A stretch of 64,000 nucleotides of DNA from the human T2T-CHM13v2.0 reference genome, Homo sapiens, in assembly GCF_009914755.1 (NCBI RefSeq), contig NC_060928.1; one strand, given 5' to 3'. Position 1 is the first letter of the stretch. Every line of letters begins with the position of its first letter. The position numbers and the translations under genes were made by a program. Below are positions 31,001 through 41,973 of this stretch, in pieces. Under the pieces are notes generated by a model that did no database searches, was not told the origin of the DNA, and saw only the letters and a list, made by a program, of their open reading frames with translations.

Positions 31001-34000
31001 ATAGGAGGTAATAGCATAAGGTCCTCGAAAACAAAGGTGTTGGAGATTACCTGATGTCCAAATAGCAGGAAATAGCATAAGGTCCTGGAAGACAAAGGTG
31101 TTGTAGATTACCTGATGTCCAAATAGAAGGTAATAGCATAATGTCCTGGAAGACAAAGGTGTTGTAGATTACTTGATGTCCAAATAGGAGGTAATAGCAT
31201 AAGGTCCTGGAAGACAAAGGTGTTGTAGATTACCTGATGTCTAAATAGGAGGTAATAGCATAAGGTCCTGGGAGACAAAGGTGTTGTAGATTACATGATG
31301 TCCAAATAGGACGTAATAGCATAAGGTCCTGGAAGACAAAGTTGTTGTAGATTACCTGATGTCCAAATAGGAGGTAATAGAATAAGGTCCTGGAAGAGAG
31401 GGCTGTAAATTACCTGATGTCCAAATAGGAGGTAATAGAATCAGGTCCTGGAGGAGAGGGCTGTAGATTACCTGATGTCCAAATAGGAGGTAATATCATA
31501 AGGTGCTGGAAGAGAGAGGGCTTAAGATAACCTGATGTCCAAGTAGGAGGTAATAGCATAAGGTCTTGGAAGAGAGAGGTTTGTAGATATCATGATGTTC
31601 TAATAGAAGGTAACAGCATAAGGTCCTGGAAGGCAAAGGTATTGTAGATTACCTGATGTCCAAATAGGAGGAAATAGCATAAAGTCATGGAAGAGAGAGG
31701 GTTGTAGATTACCTGATGTCCAAATAGGAGGTAATACCGTAAGGTCCTGGAAGACACAGGTGTTGTAGATTACCTGATGTCCAAATAGGAGGCAATAGCA
31801 TAAGGTCCTCAAAGACAAAGTTGTTGTAGATTACCTGATGTCCAAATAGGAGGGAATAGCATAAGGTCCTGGAAGATATAGGTTTTGTTAGATTACCTGA
31901 TATCCAAATAGGAGGTAATAGCATAAGGTCCTCGAAGACAAAGGTGTTGTAGACTACCTGATGTCCAAATAGGAGGTAATAGCATAAGGTCTTGGAAGAC
32001 AAAGGTGTTGTAGATTACCTGATGTCCAAGTAGGAGGTAATAGCATAAGGTGCTGGAAGCAAGAGGGCTATAGATTACCTGATATCCAAATAGGAGGTAA
32101 TACCATAAGGTCCTGGAAGAGAGGGTTGTAGATTACGTGATGTCCAATTAGGAGGTAATAGCATAAGGTCCTTGAAGACAAAGGTGTTGTAGATTACGTG
32201 GTGTCCAAATAGGAGGTTATAGCATAAGGTCCTGGAAGACCAAGGTGTTGTAGATTACCTGATGTCCAAATAGGAGGTAATAGCATAAGGTGCTGGAAGA
32301 GAGAGGGCTGTAGATTACCTGATATCCAAATAGGAGGTAATAGCATAAGGTCCTGGAAGACAAAGGTGTTGTAGATTACCTGATGTCCAAATAGGAGGTA
32401 ATAGCATAAGGTGCTGGAAGAGAGAGGGCTGTAGATTACCTGATATCCAAATAGGAGGTAATAGCATAAGGTCCTGGAAGAGAGGGTTGTAGATTACTTG
32501 ATGTCCAAATAGGAGGTAATAGCATAAGGTCCTGGAAGAGAGAGGGTTGTAGATTACCCGATGTCCAATAGGAGGTAATAGCATAAGATCCTGCAAGAGA
32601 GAGGGTTGTAGATTATCTGATGTCCAAATATTAGGTAATAGCATAAGGTCCTGGGATACAAAGGTGTTGTAGATTACCTGATATCCAGATAGGAGGAAAT
32701 AGCATAAGATCACGGAAGAGAGAGGGCAGTAGATTACCTGATGTCCAAATAGCAGGTAATAGCATAATGTCCTGGAAGAGAGGGCTGTAGATTACCTGGT
32801 GTCCAAATAGGAGGTAATAGGATAAGGTCATTGGAGAGAGAGGGCTGTAGATTACCTGATGTCCAAGTAGGAGGTAATCACATAAGGTCCTGGAAGAGAG
32901 AGGGTTTTATATTACCTCATGTCCAAATAGGAGGTAAGAGCATAAGGCCCGGGAAGAGAGAGGGTTGTAGATTATCTGATGTGCAAGTAGGAGGTAATCG
33001 CATAAGGTCCTGGAAGAGAGAGGGTTGTAGATGACCTGATGTCCAAATGGGAGGTAATAGCTTAAGGTCCTGGAAGACAAAGGTGTTGTAGATTACCTGA
33101 AGTCCAAACAGGTGGTAATAGCATAAGGTCCTCGAAGACAAAGGTGTTGTAGATTACCTGATTTCCAAATAAGAGGTCATAGCATAAGGTCCTGGAAGTC
33201 AAAGGTGTTGTAGATTACCTGATGTCCAAATAGGAGGTAATAGCATAAGGTTCTGGATGACAAAGTTGTTGTAGGTTACCGGATGTCCAAATAGGAGGTA
33301 ATAGAATAAGGTCCTGGAAGAGAGGGCTGTAGATTACCTCATGTCCATATAGGAGGTAATATCGTAAGGTACTGGAAGAGAGAGGGCTTTAGATTACCCG
33401 ATGTCCAAATAGGAGGTAATAGCATAAGGTCCTGAAAGAGAGAGGGTTGTAGATTACATGATGTCCAAAGAGGAGGTAATAGCATAAGATCCTGGAAGAC
33501 AAAGGTGTTGTAGATTACCTGATGTCCAAATAGGAGGAAATAGCATAAGGCCATGGAAGAGAGAGCGTTGTAGATTACCTGATTTCTAATACTATAAGCT
33601 CCGGGAAGATACAGGTGTTGTAGATTACCTTATGTCCAAATAGGAGTTAATAGCATAAGGTCCTGCAAGACAAAGGTTTTTTAGATTACCTGATGTCCAA
33701 ATAGGAGGTAATAGTATAAGGTCCTGGAAGACAAAGATGTTTTAGAATACCTGATGTCCAAGTAGGAGGTAATAGCATAAGGTCCTGGAAGACAAAGATG
33801 TTGTAGATTACCTGATTTCCAAATAGGAGGTAGTAGCAGAAGGTCCTGGAAGACAAAGGTGTTTTAGATTACCTGATGTCCAAGTAGGAGGTACTAGCAT
33901 AAGGTCCTGGAAGACAAAGGTGTTGTAGATTACCTGATTTCCAAATAGGAGGTAATAGCAGAAGGTCCTGGAAGACAAAGGTGTTTTAGATTACCTGATG

Positions 34001-34582
34001 TCCAAGTAGGAGGTAATAGCGTAAGGTCCTGGAAGACAAAGTTGTTGTAGATTACCTGATGTCCAAATAGGAGGTAATAGCATAAGGTCCTGGAAGACAG
34101 AAGTGTTGTAGATTACCTGATGTCCAAGTAGGAGGTAATAGCATAAGGTCCTGGAAGACAAAAGTGTTGTAGATTACCTGATTTCCAAATAGGAGGTAAT
34201 AGCAGAAGGTCCCGGAAGACAAAAGTGTTTTAGATTACCTGATGTCCAAATAGGAGGTAATAGAATAAGGTCCTGGAAGAGAGGGCTGTAGTTTACCTGA
34301 TGTCCAAATGGGAGGTAATATCATAAGGTGCTGGAAAAGAGAGGGCTGTAGATTACCTGATGTCCAATAGGTGGTAATAGCATAAAGTCCTGGAAGAGAG
34401 AGGGTTGTAGATTACATGATGTCCAAATAGGAGGTAATAGCATAAGGTCATGGAAGACAAAGGTGTTGTAGATTACGTGATGTGCAACTGGGAGGTAATA
34501 GCATAAGGTCCTGGAAGACAGAGATGTTGTAGATTACCTGATGTCCAAATAGGAGCTAATAGCATAAGGTCCTGGAAGAGAG
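22034..34582. repeat. ~12.5-kb minisatellite/VNTR, ~205-210 units of 58/60/61 bp
   Basis: Consensus attacctgatgtccaaataggaggtaatagcataaggtcctggaa followed by gacaaaggtgttgtag (61 bp), gagagagggttgtag (60 bp) or gagagggctgtag (58 bp); copy number estimated from length. Confidence 0.99.
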
Positions 34583-34850
34583 TGTGTGTTCCAGTCAGAA
34601 GGAGCTATTGGTTCAGGATAGCTGCAACATACATTTAGTCATTATGATGGAAAACTGATAATGGAGTTAGGCCTGATGTTGAGATGTATAATTGAAGAAG
34701 AGTGAGAGGATCACCTTTCAATTCACAAAGATCATCATAGGGCCAGTATAAAAGTATTTTAGAGACAAGTAATAATGGAATTAGGGAAACCAGTTCAGGT
34801 AAAAAATGATGTTGTTCTAGATTTTGGAGGTGACTGAAGAGAAAAAGTAC
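34583..34850 (-). mobile_element. L2 continuation (right flank of VNTR)
   Basis: gagtgagaggatcacctttcaattcacaaagatcatc...agggaaaccagtt...aggtaaaaaatgatg follows the antisense L2 order. Confidence 0.55.
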
Positions 34851-35786
34851 ATATAATTCACTTATAGCTCTGCTTATCCTATTACGGGTATTTCTTTCTA
34901 ATGGAGATTACAGATGTTATTTTTAAAACACTTTGTGATTCTGAGGAGGCATTTACTTATGGGTCTAGTTGTATCATTAGTAACAATATATATTGTGTTT
35001 ATCTTAAGCACACTTCTCTGCACATTATCTCAACTTCCTGGGTTGCTTGATCGGATAAAGCATTTATATTTGTCTTCTAAAATATGACTAAATACTATCC
35101 CCAATCAAAGTGACATAATATTCCATAGTTGTGCAAATGTTTAGTTTTTTTTTTTTTTGTGCCGAAAGATAAGTCACAGGCTGGGGTATTTGATTTTTCT
35201 TTTAAAAATGATAAAGCAGAAGGAGAGAGAAAGAGACCAAGAAAATAAAATTGTATACAGTGAAACACAGATGTTATCTGAAAAATGGATTTTTTAAGAG
35301 AAATATAGGTATAAAAGGCATTCATGAGAAATACAAGAAGAGAGAAAGAGAAGTGAATAAATTAAACTCTTTTAATTATTGCAACAGCTCAAATAGTAGA
35401 TTTTAACTATAATATTTGATAGACATGCGAGGTCTTTATACATATACTATTTTAATTCTCTCTCTCTATATATAATGAAATGTTATTCCAAAATGCAATA
35501 TAATCCCGTGGAAAATTTATTCAGTCGGAAAAAGGAGAAAATAAGGTTCTAATACTGATTTTAGTGCCTCAGGCAAGACACATAACTTTTTGGGCATCAA
35601 TTTCTATATCTGTAAAATGAAAACACACGCCCTACTATGTATATCATATGTAAATGTCTAAAATGAGATAATAGTATTGAAAATGGCTTTGAAAAAAAAT
35701 ACAAGGGATTGAGTCACTCTAAGGAATGACTGTTTTTTAGGAGTCAACAAGAGACAAAGGAAATAAAATTTATTCCAACTAAATGA

Positions 35787-36118
<332 letters not shown>

Positions 36119-38076
36119 AAATGTTAGCCTTTTAAGAATACAAAAAAATCTAATTATATATGAATACAATACCTGAACCCATGAAACTTCTGTAGAATAC
36201 ATGAATCTGTAAAGTTATGTATTCTAAACATTTGTAGCCAGAATAACTTTCTTCATATTTTCCACATTCTTGGTACACTTACGTGTCACACATGTTCCCT
36301 GTTTTTCAAACAAGGTCAATGTTTTCATTATATACATTTACATTGTTATTGTAACTATTTTCCAGGTCTGTCAGTAAAATTTAGTCTCACACATTGATAC
36401 CACATTCTTGCAATTATATTGTAATTCTCACATAGTAATTCAAGCCTTTTTGAATATACAAATCATCTGAATTTATTATATCACTGCTATGACACCTCAT
36501 ACACATGTTGAGACCATTTATGCCAGAAAAGATTAGATTTAGTATTCAAAGAGCCAAATGTAAATAATTCTGGATTGCTTATCCAAATGGGGAACTCAGA
36601 GAACTTCTATAGTTTAAATATGCAAATACTCAAAAGTAATTTTTTTGTGACCATACCCTCCTGCTACTGAATGTTTCCTTGAGCTGGTGTCAGAAGCAGG
36701 GTTTACAATGTTGTGCTCTATTTCCTGTTTAACCTATTGCCAAGATGTTAATTCAGAGTGAAATAATAAGAACTTAGTGAGAACTGGGGGTGATAAACAA
36801 AGTGTCCTCACAGCGGAGAAACTGGAAAATGTATCCTTGAAAGCGTGTGAATCGGGTGAGCGTACAACGGGTAACATCAGTATTGGTGTTCTCACTGCTG
36901 GGTCAGCACTGACCAGCAGAGTCTGGTGGGAGCCAGCAGGACCAGAAACATGTCCTCAGTTTGGGCCAATTTAAAGAAGTTGGGAAGCTTTCTAGAGCCC
37001 GGCCGTGTGTCTCTGCCCTTGCTACAACTCCTCCCTCTGTCTCACAGCCAGAGATGCACCCATGATGACATTCATGTAGGCTATTAAGGGCGAGCATTTC
37101 TCAGAAGGTGAAGCAAGATATGGTAGTCATTCCAAGAAACCTTCCTTCTCAGCTGCGATTTGTCAAGAGGAAAGAAGTGGAGTTTTCAGTGGAAAGCAGA
37201 TGTGAATTTGGAGCAGTGGGGCACTTCCAGAGAATGAGCCCGGGTCAATTTTCATAGGCAATTGGCAACATGAATGCATAGGCACTGGGAAGAATGTAAA
37301 TGGCAAGTCCACGAAGCAAGTAGTAGCTAACAAATGCATGAAAGAGTAGAGGAGTAAAATAACGATTTCATCCTCTGAATGCTGCCCAGAGTCAATCCCA
37401 CTGTACTCCGTGCAGAGAAAGTGACTCCAGGAGTGTGTGCCCAGTCTAGAAGAAACAACAACACTCCTTCCATGTAGAGCCAAAATCGTGTGTGTCCCTC
37501 GGCCTGAGGAGCTGGAAGAATCCTGAATCTTCTCCATTTAGGGCAGGAGTTTTAGTGGCATGTCAAATGTGCAACATCCTCCAAGCCTAGAACCTAGAGG
37601 TGGTTCTAGAACACTTTTCTTCCTTGCTTCCACATCTGTCCAATTACCCACCTCAATTAATAGTTACCAGAATATTCCCAGAGAATCATACCAGCACACT
37701 CTTTGCACCAGGAAGGGGTACAGATATGTACAAGAAGAGAGGTGGCTGTCAGAGTGGACCACATGTCTTTTTATAGTTTGGTGCTTTGTCTTTCACAATA
37801 CCAGCTTGCCGTCTAGCAGGGGATGTCTAGCGTCTCCTACAAACATACTGATTATCTAGGAACATCATAGCACCAAAGAGGCCTTCTGCCCTCTTCCATT
37901 CCCACATTGTTAAGAAAAAAAAAAAACTGGTTACGTAAATTACAGCATATTCATTTAATACTTGGAATATAAAAAGGGGTGGAAACATTGTTAAGGCCCC
38001 TGTCTGTGTAAGGATATAGAAAGCAGCCAAGATATATCTGTAGGTAACTAAAATGCAGATGTGCACAATGCTGCCA

Positions 38077-38226
38077 TGCCTGTAGAAAACAAGGCCGGGT
38101 GCGGTGGCTCACGCCTGTAATCCCAGTGCCTGTAGAAAACAAGGCCGGGCGCGGTGGCTCACGCCTGTAATCCCAGTGCCTATAAAAAACAAGGCCAGAC
38201 GCGGTGGCTCACGCCTGTAATCCCAG
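38077..38226 (+). repeat. 3 x 50-bp tandem repeat made of flank plus Alu 5' end
   Basis: tgcctgtagaaaacaaggccgggYgcggtggctcacgcctgtaatcccag at 38077, 38127 and (more diverged) 38177. Confidence 0.95.
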
Positions 38227-38480
38227 CACTTTGGGAGGCCGAGATGGGCAGATCACAGGGTCAGGGGATGGAGAACATCTTGGCCAACATGGTGAAATCC
38301 CGTGTCTGCTAAAAATACAGAAATTAGCTGGGCGTGCCTGTAGTTCTAGCTACTTGGGAGGCTGAGGCAGGAGAACCTCTTGAACCTGGGAGGCAGAGGT
38401 TATAGTACGCTGAGATGGCACTATTGCACACTCCAGCCTGGGCAACAGAGCAAGACTCCATCTCAGGGAAAAAAAAAAAC
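38193..38480 (+). mobile_element. AluS
   Basis: Full Alu body after the repeated 5' ends. Confidence 0.9.
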
Positions 38481-39898
38481 ACAACAAGCAAGTACACAAA
38501 AATGCCAAACACACAAAACTATACAGAACATATGATTTTTGCCAATATTCCAGGGTAAAAACATCTCAAGAGTTGATAGATTCCAGAGTCTTTGAGTGAG
38601 CACACTCGGTTCCTATCCTTGATCCCCTGCCCTCCGGAAGGCCTGTTTCTGTCTTCTCCCTCACACTCACCACCTGCTATCAGGACTCTCTGCTCCCTAC
38701 TGTCAAGACTAGACGTGCCTCAGACACAGATTCCTCCCTTCTTCAGCAGGAGTTCCCAGGGCTGAGTTATTTATTCTAGAAGGTGCCCCTGGTGATAGTG
38801 GTGGGGAAAGCTTCTACAGGTCATCTGCAGTTACTTCTGGTCCTGTGTGTCACTCCGAAGACCACTTGTCATGTGGGGCGGCGGCTTCACAGAAGCATCT
38901 AGGTTAGCCAGAGACACTTAAAGCCTGTTTCTCTTTGAGAATGATGGTAAGCAGAAGACCTTTCTCTTTATCTTGTATTTATTAGTAACTATTAAATATA
39001 TATTTTTATACACACAGACATATACCAAAGATGAACATTGATCCTTATCTTACGGATTCTCTAGACTCAAATGCTTACTGAAGTCAGGCAGATAAAACAA
39101 AAAAAATTCAACAACAGCAAACCAGCAAACAGAAACTCACTGAGGTAGTGAAGTGTAAGCAGGAAGCTGTGTGGCCAGGTGTGAGGAACTGTGTAGAACT
39201 CTGGGAGGAATGAGAGTAGCCCCTTCAGCTTCACTGCTTGCTGGTATGTGGGAGGGAGGGCCAGGGTTCCAAAACTTCCAGTTCTTAAATAGAAGCCTGC
39301 AGTCCTCATTGGAATTGCTTGTATGTTGACTCAAAAGGTTAAATATTGTGCAGATCAAACAAATAATTTCTGTGAGGAGGATTTAGTCAATGGGTAAGGA
39401 GTTTGTGACCTTTTGTCTAAACACATGAAAAGGAAGGGGACCATTTGCCTGACTGCTCTCTACTTTGCTACGTTCTTTCTACACCTGAGTTAGTGCTGGT
39501 GGAAGAGTGTTTCTTCTCCTTCATCCAGCTGCTTTCAGTCATGTACCCCCCCGTGACCCCCTCACTCTGGTTCAAACGCAAACACAAACTGAGAATAGGA
39601 AAATAATCCACTGCTGAGGCATGAACATAGCACCAAAGGATGCAGTACTCTAGTTGCAAAGAACTCTGGCTGAAATTTCCCCCACCTCACCTGCTTTCTC
39701 CTTTTATCTTACTCAAGGCTCATCTCTCTTCCAGTTCCTCTCTGGGGAAACAGGAGGGAGATTCTTCTTGTCACATAAATGTGTCCTGAAAGGATTCTCT
39801 CCTCGTTATATCTACTCCTTTAATCTGAGTTCAAGTCATCAACACCTCTCACCTGGCCCACTTGCCAACTTCCATACCGTCTGTCTCCATCCTCTAAA

Positions 39899-40084
39899 AC
39901 AAACTTTCCATGTGGACAAAGCTGTCCTTTCTCATGCCTCAGACGCCACTGAGGGCACACCAAGGCCATTGGCGGCGTGGCCGTGGACTTACACAAACTT
40001 TCCATGTGGACAAAGCTGTCCTTTCTCATGCCTCAGATGCCACTGTGGGCCCACCAAGGCCGTTTGCGGCGTGGCCGTGGACTT
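39899..40084 (+). repeat. 94-bp tandem duplication (GC-rich)
   Basis: acaaactttccatgtggacaaagctgtcctttctcatgcctcaga...ggcgtggccgtggactt starts at 39899 and 39993. Confidence 0.95.
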
Positions 40085-40559
40085 TCCTTATGGTCACCAA
40101 CCTGCAGCCTTAAGCTTTCACTCACCCTCTTTGTCTGTCCCCAGACTTAAATCTTTTCTTCATGTTGACCCTTGAAATACGTGTATTCATGAAGACCTGT
40201 TCAATCACACTCTGGATTTTCAAAGTTGAAAATAACAGGAAGTTACTACGGCAATGATGATTTAGTGAAAAATATGAAGGAATCAGTGACTCAACAATTT
40301 TTGGGCCCCATTTTTTTTTTCCTTCACCAGAGGATAATGTTAATATGAAGAGGTTGGTTGTCAATATTACAACTTTAGAAAGAGGAATACATGTATGTAT
40401 GTATTCTTTTATATTTATGGGAGTTACCTTCTGAAACCTTTGAACATCACCAATATTGCGGATAACCATATGTTTTGATAAGCTCTTGGGTTTATCTCGC
40501 ATTGCGATCAAGAATTGTTTTCACTGCATATCCTCCAACTACATTAAATGCCTTTTCAA

Positions 40560-41200
40560 CATTCTTTACAATTTTCTACGTGGCAAAAGATACCATAAAC
40601 AAAACTAAAGACAAATAACAGACTGGAGAAAATATTGTTTGTTTTGAGTATAACGTGGTAAGTTACGAAGGAAATGACAGGACACTAAATATGGGAAAAT
40701 GAGTAAATATACCAAGAGCAAATTCAGAAAGACCTGTGCAATGAGACACAAAATTATTTTTAAAATTATAAAAATAAGAATCTCACTAATAATCTGAGGA
40801 CTACATGTTAAAATGGCAATGGAATTTCTTTGATGACCAAATATCGTTGTTTGATCATGTCAAGGGCAATTGGGCAGGGAGAAATGTGTACTCCTAAACT
40901 GCAGATAAAAAGAGAATTGATAAAACCTCTTAAAAAAATGGATTAGATTTAGAAGAATGAACTATGTATACACTCTATGACTCGGTTCCATCTGTGAACA
41001 TGAGTGTCAGAGAAAAGTGTGGCACATCTTCCAGTGGCCAGGTACACAGTGTTGTGCATGACCCTGTGTGGGAGGACCGCAAATACATTTTAGTTAAGCA
41101 CGTTATGGAAGACTATGTAGTATTTAGAAAGATGGGAAGGATCTATATGTACTGACATGAAGTCATAAAAATTATAAAAATCAAGGTGCAAAATCTGATG
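40560..41200 (+). mobile_element. Degraded L1ME-like fragment
   Basis: gcaaaagataccataaacaaaactaaagacaaataacagactggagaaaatatt; tctcactaataatc. Confidence 0.55.
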
Positions 41201-41358
41201 ATTTGATGCCATGTGTGCAAAACATTCTTTTACATGCATTTCACAAAAAACAATATTACGTATTTCTCATTATCCCTAAAACAATTCTAGAGGATTCATG
41301 ACATGCTGTTACTTGTCTCAGGTGGACAAGGATTAGAAATGGTGAATAAAAAAGGTTA

Positions 41359-41665
<307 letters not shown>

Positions 41666-41676
41666 GAGGTTACTTT

Positions 41677-41973
<297 letters not shown>

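Noticed and set aside
22169-33554. Dozens of minus-strand ORFs (LLPPIWTSGNLQ...) as a repetitive protein gene
   Set aside because: They arise because the unit has a single stop and the 58/60/61-bp lengths shift frame. They overlap in all frames, mostly lack true ATG starts, and show no sign of frame preservation.
22034-34582. CRISPR-like appearance (constant ~45-bp part plus variable ~15-bp part)
   Set aside because: The variable part is only two or three recurring related sequences rather than unique spacers, there are no cas genes, and the DNA is primate.
22034-34582. Perfect Shine-Dalgarno AGGAGGT in each unit
   Set aside because: Irrelevant in a human nuclear context; coincidental.
36683-36702. 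ERVL Leu-tRNA primer-binding-site-like word tggtgtcagaag
   Set aside because: No recognisable LTR upstream or internal ERVL sequence downstream.
39654-40175. 173-aa ORF
   Set aside because: TTG start, spans a 94-bp tandem duplication read in different frames, and has no recognisable domain.
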